NCBI GenBank assembly: GCA_964016885.1 | Contig: OZ024744.1 | Span: 136,090,001-136,154,000, forward strand | Direction of reading: 5' to 3' | Length of the DNA stretch: 64,000 nt | DNA from: Eledone cirrhosa | Lineage: Eukaryota | Shown here: positions 50,476 through 62,650 of the stretch, one piece after another | Layout: each line of letters begins with the position of its first letter | Numbering within the stretch: the first letter of the stretch is position 1 | Translations under genes and position numbers: made by a program | The notes under the pieces: generated by a model | The model's input: only the letters and a program-made list of their open reading frames with translations | Told to the model about the DNA's origin: nothing | The model's database searches: none

Positions 50476-53400
50476 ATGAATCCAGAGGAGAGAGTAGCTT
50501 ATCTACAGAATAGAAGAAGTGGAGATCATGATAGAAGAAATAACATGAATCCAGAGGAGAGAGAAGCTTCTCTACAGAATAGAAGTGGAGATCATGGCAG
50601 AAGAAATAACATGAATCCAGAGGAGAGAGAAGCTTATCTACAGAATAGAAGAAGTAGAGATCATGATAGAAGAAATAACATGAATCCAGAGGAGAGAGAA
50701 GCTTCTCTACAGAATAGAAGTGGAGATCATGGTAGAAGAAATAACATGAATCCAGAGGAGAGAGAAGTTTATCTACAGAATAGAAGAAGTGGAGATCATG
50801 ATAGAAGAAATAACATGAATCCAGAGGAGAGAGAAGTTTATCTACAGAATAGAAGTGGAGATCATGATAGAAGAAACAACATGAATCCAGAGGAGAGAGA
50901 AGCTTATCTACAGAATAGAAGAAGTGGAGATCATGATAGAAGAAATAAAATGAATCCAGAGGAGAGAGAAGCTTCTCTACAGAATAGAAGTGGAGATCAT
51001 GGTAGAAGAAATAACATGAATCCAGAGGAGAGAGAAGTTTATCTACAGAATAGAAGTGGAGATCATGGTAGAAGAAATAACATGAATCCAGAGGAGAGAG
51101 AAGTTTATCTACAGAATAAAAGAAGTGGAGATCATGGTAGAAGAAATAACATGAATCCAGAGGAGAGAGAAGTTTATCTACAGAATAAAAGAAGTGGAGA
51201 TCATGGTAGAAGAAATAACATGAATCCAGAGGAGAGAGAAGTTTATCTACAGAATAGAAGAAGTGGAGATCATGACAGAAGAAATAACAGGAATCCAGAG
51301 GAGAGAGAAGTTTATCTACAGAATAGAAGTGGAGATCATGGTAGAAGAAATAACATGAATCCAGAGGAGAGAGAAGTTTATCTACAGAATAAAAGAAGTG
51401 GAGATCATGGTAGAAGAAATAACATGAATCCAGAGGAGAGAGAAGTTTATCTACAGAATAAAAGAAGTGGAGATCATGGTAGAAGAAATAACATGAATCC
51501 AGAGGAGAGAGAAGTTTATCTACAGAATAAAAGAAGTGGAGATCATGGTAGAAGAAATAACATGAATCCAGAGGAGAGAGAGGCTTATCTACAGAATAGA
51601 AGTGGAAATCATGATAGAAGAAATAACATGAATCCAGAGGAGATCATGATAGAAGAAATAACATGAATCCAGAGGAGAGAGAAGCTTATCTACAGAATAG
51701 AAGTGGAGATCATGATAGAAGAAATAACATGAATCCAGAGGAGAGAGAAGCTTATCTACAGAATAGAAGTGGAGATCATGATAGAAGAAATAACATGAAT
51801 CCAGAGGAGAGAGAAGTATTTCTACAGAATAGAAGAAGTGGAGATCATGGTAGGAGAAATAACATGAATCCAGAGGAGAGAGAAGTTTATCTACAGAATA
51901 GAAGTGGAGATCATGATAGAAGAAATAACATGAATCCAGAGGAGAGAGTAGCTTATCTACAGAATAGAAGAAGTGGAGATCATGATAGAAGAAATAACAT
52001 GAATCCAGAGGAGAGAGAAGCTTCTCTACAGAATAGAAGTGGAGATCATGGTAGAAGAAATAACATGAATCCAGAAGAGAGAGAAGCTTATCTACAGAAT
52101 AGAAGAAGTGGAGATCATGATAGAAGAAATAACATGAATCCAGAGGAGAGAGAAGCTTCTCTACAGAATAGAAGTGGAGATCATGGTAGAAGAAATAACA
52201 TGAATCCAGAGGAGAGAGAAGTTTATCTACAGAATAGAAGAAGTGGAGATCATGATAGAAGAAATAACATGAATCCAGAGGAGAGAGAAGTTTATCTACA
52301 GAATAGAAGAAGTGGAGATCATGGTAGAAGAAATAACAGGAATCCAGAGGAGAGAGAAGTTTATCTACAGAATAGAAGAAGTGGAGATCATGATAGAAGA
52401 AATAACATGAATCCAGAGGAGAGAGAAGTTTATCTGCAGAAAAGAAGTGGAGATCATGACAGAAGAAATAACAGGAATCCAGAGGAGAGAGAAGTTTATC
52501 TACAGAATAGAAGTGGAGATCATGGTAGAAGAAATAACATGAATCCAGAGGAGAGAGAAGTTTATCTACAGAATAAAAGAAGTGGAGATCATGGTAGAAG
52601 AAATAACATGAATCCAGAGGAGAGATAAGCTTATCTACAGAATAGAAGTGGAGATCATGGTAGAAGAAATAACATGAATCCAGAGGAGAGAGAAGTTTAT
52701 CTACAGAATAAAAGAAGTGGAGATCATGGTAGAAGAAATAACATGAATCCAGAGGAGAGAGAAGTTTATCTACAGAATAGAAGAAGTGGAGATCATGATA
52801 GAAGAAATAACATGAATCCAGAGGAGAGAGAAGCTTCTCTACAGAATAGAAGTGGAGATCATGATAGAAGAAATAACATGAATCCAGAGGAGAGAGTAGC
52901 TTATCTACAGAATAGAAGAAGTGGAGATCATGATAGAAGAAATAACATGAATCCAGAGGAGAGAGAAGCTTCTCTACAGAATAGAAGTGGAGATCATGGC
53001 AGAAGAAATAACATGAATCCAGAGGAGAGAGAAGCTTATCTACAGAATAGAAGAAGTAGAGATCATGATAGAAGAAATAACATGAATCCAGAGGAGAGAG
53101 AAGCTTCTCTACAGAATAGAAGTGGAGATCATGGTAGAAGAAATAACATGAATCCAGAGGAGAGAGAAGTTTATCTACAGAATAGAAGAAGTGGAGATCA
53201 TGATAGAAGAAATAACATGAATCCAGAGGAGAGAGAAGTTTATCTACAGAATAGAAGTGGAGATCATGATAGAAGAAACAACATGAATCCAGAGGAGAGA
53301 GAAGCTTATCTACAGAATAGAAGAAGTGGAGATCATGATAGAAGAAATAAAATGAATCCAGAGGAGAGAGAAGCTTCTCTACAGAATAGAAGTGGAGATC

Positions 53401-56400
53401 ATGGTAGAAGAAATAACATGAATCCAGAGGAGAGAGAAGTTTATCTACAGAATAGAAGTGGAGATCATGGTAGAAGAAATAACATGAATCCAGAGGAGAG
53501 AGAAGTTTATCTACAGAATAAAAGAAGTGGAGATCATGGTAGAAGAAATAACATGAATCCAGAGGAGAGAGAAGTTTATCTACAGAATAAAAGAAGTGGA
53601 GATCATGGTAGAAGAAATAACATGAATCCAGAGGAGAGAGAAGTTTATCTACAGAATAGAAGAAGTGGAGATCATGACAGAAGAAATAACAGGAATCCAG
53701 AGGAGAGAGAAGTATATCTACAGAATAGAAGTGGAGATCATGGTAGAAGAAATAACATGAATCCAGAGGAGAGAGAAGTTTATCTACAGAATAAAAGAAG
53801 TGGAGATCATGGTAGAAGAAATAACATGAATCCAGAGGAGAGAGAAGTTTATCTACAGAATAAAAGAAGTGGAGATCATGGTAGAAGAAATAACATGAAT
53901 CCAGAGGAGAGAGAAGTTTATCTACAGAATAAAAGAAGTGGAGATCATGGTAGAAGAAATAACATGAATCCAGAGGAGAGAGAGGCTTATCTACAGAATA
54001 GAAGTGGAAATCATGATAGAAGAAATAACATGAATCCAGAGGAGATCATGATAGAAGAAATAACATGAATCCAGAGGAGAGAGAAGCTTATCTACAGAAT
54101 AGAAGTGGAGATCATGATAGAAGAAATAACATGAATCCAGAGGAGAGAGAAGCTTATCTACAGAATAGAAGTGGAGATCATGATAGAAGAAATAACATGA
54201 ATCCAGAGGAGAGAGAAGTATTTCTACAGAATAGAAGAAGTGGAGATCATGGTAGGAGAAATAACATGAATCCAGAGGAGAGAGAAGTTTATCTACAGAA
54301 TAGAAGTGGAGATCATGATAGAAGAAATAACATGAATCCAGAGGAGAGAGTAGCTTATCTACAGAATAGAAGAAGTGGAGATCATGATAGAAGAAATAAC
54401 ATGAATCCAGAGGAGAGAGAAGCTTCTCTACAGAATAGAAGTGGAGATCATGGTAGAAGAAATAACATGAATCCAGAAGAGAGAGAAGCTTATCTACAGA
54501 ATAGAAGAAGTGGAGATCATGATAGAAGAAATAACATGAATCCAGAGGAGAGAGAAGCTTCTCTACAGAATAGAAGTGGAGATCATGGTAGAAGAAATAA
54601 CATGAATCCAGAGGAGAGAGAAGTTTATCTACAGAATAGAAGAAGTGGAGATCATGATAGAAGAAATAACATGAATCCAGAGGAGAGAGAAGTTTATCTA
54701 CAGAATAGAAGAAGTGGAGATCATGGTAGAAGAAATAACAGGAATCCAGAGGAGAGAGAAGTTTATCTACAGAATAGAAGAAGTGGAGATCATGATAGAA
54801 GAAATAACATGAATCCAGAGGAGAGAGAAGTTTATCTGCAGAAAAGAAGTGGAGATCATGACAGAAGAAATAACAGGAATCCAGAGGAGAGAGAAGTTTA
54901 TCTACAGAATAGAAGTGGAGATCATGGTAGAAGAAATAACATGAATCCAGAGGAGAGAGAAGTTTATCTACAGAATAAAAGAAGTGGAGATCATGGTAGA
55001 AGAAATAACATGAATCCAGAGGAGAGATAAGCTTATCTACAGAATAGAAGTGGAGATCATGGTAGAAGAAATAACATGAATCCAGAGGAGAGAGAAGTTT
55101 ATCTACAGAATAGAAGAAGTGGAGATCATGATAGAAGAAATAACATGAATCCAGAGGAGAGAGAAGTTTATCTACAGAATAGAAGAAGTGGAGATCATGA
55201 CAGAAGAAATAACAGGAATCCAGAGGAGAGAGAAGTTTATCTACAGAATAGAAGTGGAGATCATGGTAGAAGAAATAACATGAATCCAGAGGAGAGAGAA
55301 GCTTATCTACAGGATAGAAGAAGTGGAGATCGTGGTAGAAGAAATAACAGGAATCCAGAGGAGAGAGAAGTTTATCTACAGAATAAAAGAAGTGGAGATC
55401 ATGGTAGAAGAAATAACATGAATCCAGAGGAGAGAGAAGTTTATCTACAGAATAGAAGTGGAGATCATGGTAGAAGAAATAACATGAATCCAGAGGAGAG
55501 AGAAGTTTATCTACAGAATAGAAGAAGTGGAGATCATGATAGAAGAAATAACATGAATCCAGAGGAGAGAGAAGTTTATCTACAGAATAGAAGAAGTGGA
55601 GATCATGATAGAAGAAATAACATGAATCCAGAGGAGAGAGAAGCTTATCTACAGAATAGAAGAAGTGGAGATCATGATAGAAGAAATAACATGAATCCAG
55701 AGGAGAGAGAAGTTTATCTACAGAATAGAAGAAGTGGAGATCATGATAGAAGAAATAACATGAATCCAGAGGAGAGAGAAGTTTATCTACAGAATAGAAG
55801 TGGAGATCATGATAGAAGAAATAACATGAATCCAGAGGAGAGAGAAGCTTATCTACAGAATAGAAGAAGTGGAGATCATGATAGAAGAAATAACATGAAT
55901 CCAGAGGAGAGAGAAGCTTCTCTACAGAATAGAAGTGGAGATTATGGTAGAAGAAATAACATGAATCCAGAGGAGAGAGAAGTTTATCTACAGAATAGAA
56001 GTGGAGATCATGGTAGAAGAAATAACATGAATCCAGCGGAGAGAGAAGCTTATCTACAGAATAGAAGTGGAGATCATGGTAGAAGAAATAACATGAATCC
56101 AGAGGAGAAAGAAGTTTATCTACAGAATAAAAGAAGTGGAGATCATGGTAGAAGAAATAACATGAATCCAGCGGAGAGAGAAGCTTATCTACAGAATAGA
56201 AGTGGAGATCATGGTAGAAGAAATAACATGAATCCAGAGGAGAGAGAAGTATTTCTACAGAATAGAAGAAGTGGAGATCATGGTAGAAGAAATAACATGA
56301 ATCCAGAGGAGAGAGAAGTTTATCTACAGAATAGAAGAAGTGGAGATCATGACAGAAGAAATAACAGGAATCCAGAGGAGAGAGAAGTTTATCTACAGAA

Positions 56401-59400
56401 TAGAAGTGGAGATCATGGTAGAAGAAATAACATGAATCCAGAGGAGAGAGAAGTTTATCTACAGAATAAAAGAAGTGGAGATCATGGTAGAAGAAATAAC
56501 ATGAATCCAGAGGAGAGAGAGGCTTATCTACAGAATAGAAGTGGAAATCATGATAGAAGAAATAACATGAATCCAGAGGAGATCATGATAGAAGAAATAA
56601 CATGAATCCAGAGGAGAGAGAAGCTTATCTACAGAATAGAAGTGGAGATCATGATAGAAGAAATAACATGAATCCAGAGGAGAGAGAAGCTTATCTACAG
56701 AATAGAAGTGGAGATCATGATAGAAGAAATAACATGAATCCAGAGGAGAGAGAAGTATTTCTACAGAATAGAAGAAGTGGAGATCATGGTAGGAGAAATA
56801 ACATGAATCCAGAGGAGAGAGAAGTTTATCTACAGAATAGAAGTGGAGATCATGATAGAAGAAATAACATGAATCCAGAGGAGAGAGTAGCTTATCTACA
56901 GAATAGAAGAAGTGGAGATCATGATAGAAGAAATAACATGAATCCAGAGGAGAGAGAAGCTTCTCTACAGAATAGAAGTGGAGATCATGGTAGAAGAAAT
57001 AACATGAATCCAGAAGAGAGAGAAGCTTATCTACAGAATAGAAGAAGTGGAGATCATGATAGAAGAAATAACATGAATCCAGAGGAGAGAGAAGCTTCTC
57101 TACAGAATAGAAGTGGAGATCATGGTAGAAGAAATAACATGAATCCAGAGGAGAGAGAAGTTTATCTACAGAATAGAAGAAGTGGAGATCATGATAGAAG
57201 AAATAACATGAATCCAGAGGAGAGAGAAGTTTATCTACAGAATAGAAGAAGTGGAGATCATGGTAGAAGAAATAACAGGAATCCAGAGGAGAGAGAAGTT
57301 TATCTACAGAATAGAAGAAGTGGAGATCATGATAGAAGAAATAACATGAATCCAGAGGAGAGAGAAGTTTATCTGCAGAAAAGAAGTGGAGATTATGACA
57401 GAAGAAATAACAGGAATCCAGAGGAGAGAGAAGTTTATCTACAGAATAGAAGTGGAGATCATGGTAGAAGAAATAACATGAATCCAGAGGAGAGAGAAGT
57501 TTATCTACAGAATAAAAGAAGTGGAGATCATGGTAGAAGAAATAACATGAATCCAGAGGAGAGATAAGCTTATCTACAGAATAGAAGTGGAGATCATGGT
57601 AGAAGAAATAACATGAATCCAGAGGAGAGAGAAGTTTATCTACAGAATAAAAGAAGTGGAGATCATGGTAGAAGAAATAACATGAATCCAGAGGAGAGAG
57701 AAGTTTATCTACAGAATAGAAGAAGTGGAGATCATGATAGAAGAAATAACATGAATCCAGAGGAGAGAGAAGCTTCTCTACAGAATAGAAGTGGAGATCA
57801 TGATAGAAGAAATAACATGAATCCAGAGGAGAGAGTAGCTTATCTACAGAATAGAAGAAGTGGAGATCATGATAGAAGAAATAACATGAATCCAGAGGAG
57901 AGAGAAGCTTCTCTACAGAATAGAAGTGGAGATCATGGCAGAAGAAATAACATGAATCCAGAGGAGAGAGAAGCTTATCTACAGAATAGAAGAAGTAGAG
58001 ATCATGATAGAAGAAATAACATGAATCCAGAGGAGAGAGAAGCTTCTCTACAGAATAGAAGTGGAGATCATGGTAGAAGAAATAACATGAATCCAGAGGA
58101 GAGAGAAGTTTATCTACAGAATAGAAGAAGTGGAGATCATGATAGAAGAAATAACATGAATCCAGAGGAGAGAGAAGTTTATCTACAGAATAGAAGTGGA
58201 GATCATGATAGAAGAAACAACATGAATCCAGAGGAGAGAGAAGCTTATCTACAGAATAGAAGAAGTGGAGATCATGATAGAAGAAATAAAATGAATCCAG
58301 AGGAGAGAGAAGCTTCTCTACAGAATAGAAGTGGAGATCATGGTAGAAGAAATAACATGAATCCAGAGGAGAGAGAAGTTTATCTACAGAATAGAAGTGG
58401 AGATCATGGTAGAAGAAATAACATGAATCCAGAGGAGAGAGAAGTTTATCTACAGAATAAAAGAAGTGGAGATCATGGTAGAAGAAATAACATGAATCCA
58501 GAGGAGAGAGAAGTTTATCTACAGAATAAAAGAAGTGGAGATCATGGTAGAAGAAATAACATGAATCCAGAGGAGAGAGAAGTTTATCTACAGAATAGAA
58601 GAAGTGGAGATCATGACAGAAGAAATAACAGGAATCCAGAGGAGAGAGAAGTATATCTACAGAATAGAAGTGGAGATCATGGTAGAAGAAATAACATGAA
58701 TCCAGAGGAGAGAGAAGTTTATCTACAGAATAAAAGAAGTGGAGATCATGGTAGAAGAAATAACATGAATCCAGAGGAGAGAGAAGTTTATCTACAGAAT
58801 AAAAGAAGTGGAGATCATGGTAGAAGAAATAACATGAATCCAGAGGAGAGAGAAGTTTATCTACAGAATAAAAGAAGTGGAGATCATGGTAGAAGAAATA
58901 ACATGAATCCAGAGGAGAGAGAGGCTTATCTACAGAATAGAAGTGGAAATCATGATAGAAGAAATAACATGAATCCAGAGGAGATCATGATAGAAGAAAT
59001 AACATGAATCCAGAGGAGAGAGAAGCTTATCTACAGAATAGAAGTGGAGATCATGATAGAAGAAATAACATGAATCCAGAGGAGAGAGAAGCTTATCTAC
59101 AGAATAGAAGTGGAGATCATGATAGAAGAAATAACATGAATCCAGAGGAGAGAGAAGTATTTCTACAGAATAGAAGAAGTGGAGATCATGGTAGGAGAAA
59201 CAACATGAATCCAGAGGAGAGAGAAGTTTATCTACAGAATAGAAGTGGAGATCATGATAGAAGAAATAACATGAATCCAGAGGAGAGAGTAGCTTATCTA
59301 CAGAATAGAAGAAGTGGAGATCATGATAGAAGAAATAACATGAATCCAGAGGAGAGAGAAGCTTCTCTACAGAATAGAAGTGGAGATCATGGTAGAAGAA

Positions 59401-62400
59401 ATAACATGAATCCAGAAGAGAGAGAAGCTTATCTACAGAATAGAAGAAGTGGAGATCATGATAGAAGAAATAACATGAATCCAGAGGAGAGAGAAGCTTC
59501 TCTACAGAATAGAAGTGGAGATCATGGTAGAAGAAATAACATGAATCCAGAGGAGAGAGAAGTTTATCTACAGAATAGAAGAAGTGGAGATCATGATAGA
59601 AGAAATAACATGAATCCAGAGGAGAGAGAAGTTTATCTACAGAATAGAAGAAGTGGAGATCATGGTAGAAGAAATAACAGGAATCCAGAGGAGAGAGAAG
59701 TTTATCTACAGAATAGAAGAAGTGGAGATCATGATAGAAGAAATAACATGAATCCAGAGGAGAGAGAAGTTTATCTGCAGAAAAGAAGTGGAGATCATGA
59801 CAGAAGAAATAACAGGAATCCAGAGGAGAGAGAAGTTTATCTACAGAATAGAAGTGGAGATCATGGTAGAAGAAATAACATGAATCCAGAGGAGAGAGAA
59901 GTTTATCTACAGAATAAAAGAAGTGGAGATCATGGTAGAAGAAATAACATGAATCCAGAGGAGAGATAAGCTTATCTACAGAATAGAAGTGGAGATCATG
60001 GTAGAAGAAATAACATGAATCCAGAGGAGAGAGAAGTTTATCTACAGAATAGAAGAAGTGGAGATCATGATAGAAGAAATAACATGAATCCAGAGGAGAG
60101 AGAAGTTTATCTACAGAATAGAAGAAGTGGAGATCATGACAGAAGAAATAACAGGAATCCAGAGGAGAGAGAAGTTTATCTACAGAATAGAAGTGGAGAT
60201 CATGGTAGAAGAAATAACATGAATCCAGAGGAGAGAGAAGCTTATCTACAGGATAGAAGAAGTGGAGATCGTGGTAGAAGAAATAACAGGAATCCAGAGG
60301 AGAGAGAAGTTTATCTACAGAATAAAAGAAGTGGAGATCATGGTAGAAGAAATAACATGAATCCAGAGGAGAGAGAAGTTTATCTACAGAATAGAAGTGG
60401 AGATCATGGTAGAAGAAATAACATGAATCCAGAGGAGAGAGAAGTTTATCTACAGAATAGAAGAAGTGGAGATCATGATAGAAGAAATAACATGAATCCA
60501 GAGGAGAGAGAAGTTTATCTACAGAATAGAAGAAGTGGAGATCATGATAGAAGAAATAACATGAATCCAGAGGAGAGAGAAGCTTATCTACAGAATAGAA
60601 GAAGTGGAGATCATGATAGAAGAAATAACATGAATCCAGAGGAGAGAGAAGTTTATCTACAGAATAGAAGAAGTGGAGATCATGATAGAAGAAATAACAT
60701 GAATCCAGAGGAGAGAGAAGTTTATCTACAGAATAGAAGTGGAGATCATGATAGAAGAAATAACATGAATCCAGAGGAGAGAGAAGCTTATCTACAGAAT
60801 AGAAGAAGTGGAGATCATGATAGAAGAAATAACATGAATCCAGAGGAGAGAGAAGCTTCTCTACAGAATAGAAGTGGAGATTATGGTAGAAGAAATAACA
60901 TGAATCCAGAGGAGAGAGAAGTTTATCTACAGAATAGAAGTGGAGATCATGGTAGAAGAAATAACATGAATCCAGCGGAGAGAGAAGCTTATCTACAGAA
61001 TAGAAGTGGAGATCATGGTAGAAGAAATAACATGAATCCAGAGGAGAAAGAAGTTTATCTACAGAATAAAAGAAGTGGAGATCATGGTAGAAGAAATAAC
61101 ATGAATCCAGCGGAGAGAGAAGCTTATCTACAGAATAGAAGTGGAGATCATGGTAGAAGAAATAACATGAATCCAGAGGAGAGAGAAGTATTTCTACAGA
61201 ATAGAAGAAGTGGAGATCATGGTAGAAGAAATAACATGAATCCAGAGGAGAGAGAAGTTTATCTACAGAATAGAAGAAGTGGAGATCATGACAGAAGAAA
61301 TAACAGGAATCCAGAGGAGAGAGAAGTTTATCTACAGAATAGAAGTGGAGATCATGGTAGAAGAAATAACATGAATCCAGAGGAGAGAGAAGTTTATCTA
61401 CAGAATAAAAGAAGTGGAGATCATGGTAGAAGAAATAACATGAATCCAGAGGAGAGAGAAGTTTATCTACAGAATAAAAGAAGTGGAGATCATGGTAGAA
61501 GAAATAACATGAATCCAGAGGAGAGAGAGGCTTATCTACAGAATAGAAGTGGAAATCATGATAGAAGAAATAACATGAATCCAGAGGAGAGAGAAGCTTA
61601 TCTACAGAATAGAAGTGGAGATCATGATAGAAGAAATAACATGAATCCAGAGGAGAGAGAAGCTTATCTACAGAATAGAAGTGGAGATCATGATAGAAGA
61701 AATAACATGAATCCAGAGGAGAGAGTAGCTTATCTACAGAATAGAAGAAGTGGAGATCATGATAGAAGAAATAACATGAATCCAGAGGAGAGAGAAGCTT
61801 CTCTACAGAATAGAAGTGGAGATCATGGTAGAAGAAATAACATGAATCCAGAGGAGAGAGAAGTTTATCTACAGAATAGAAGAAGTGGAGATCATGATAG
61901 AAGAAATAACATGAATCCAGAGGAGAGAGAAGTTTATCTACAGAATAGAAGAAGTGGAGATCATGGTAGAAGAAATAACAGGAATCCAGAGGAGAGAGAA
62001 GTTTATCTACAGAATAGAAGAAGTGGAGATCATGATAGAAGAAATAACATGAATCCAGAGGAGAGAGAAGTTTATCTGCAGAAAAGAAGTGGAGATCATG
62101 ACAGAAGAAATAACAGGAATCCAGAGGAGAGAGAAGTTTATCTACAGAATAGAAGTGGAGATCATGGTAGAAGAAATAACATGAATCCAGAGGAGAGAGA
62201 AGTTTATCTACAGAATAAAAGAAGTGGAGATCATGGTAGAAGAAATAACATGAATCCAGAGGAGAGATAAGCTTATCTACAGAATAGAAGTGGAGATCAT
62301 GGTAGAAGAAATAACATGAATCCAGAGGAGAGAGAAGTTTATCTACAGAATAGAAGAAGTGGAGATCATGATAGAAGAAATAACATGAATCCAGAGGAGA

Positions 62401-62650
62401 GAGAAGTTTATCTACAGAATAGAAGAAGTGGAGATCATGACAGAAGAAATAACAGGAATCCAGAGGAGAGAGAAGTTTATCTACAGAATAGAAGTGGAGA
62501 TCATGGTAGAAGAAATAACATGAATCCAGAGGAGAGAGAAGCTTATCTACAGGATAGAAGAAGTGGAGATCGTGGTAGAAGAAATAACAGGAATCCAGAG
62601 GAGAGAGAAGTTTATCTACAGAATAAAAGAAGTGGAGATCATGGTAGAAG
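50476..62650 (+). repeat. Higher-order repeat domain with a 4939 bp period made of 2402+2537 bp subunits
   Basis: ORF starts 51663, 54065, 56602 and 59004 are spaced 2402, 2537, 2402. 52674->57613 and 55076->60015 are 4939. TAA stops end at 52628, 55030, 57567, 59969 and 62270. Confidence 0.92.

Noticed and set aside
65-62270. About 30 separate protein-coding genes as listed in the ORF track
   Set aside because: There is no intergenic or unique sequence, ORF ends are set by duplicated stop and frameshift alleles, and variation looks neutral.
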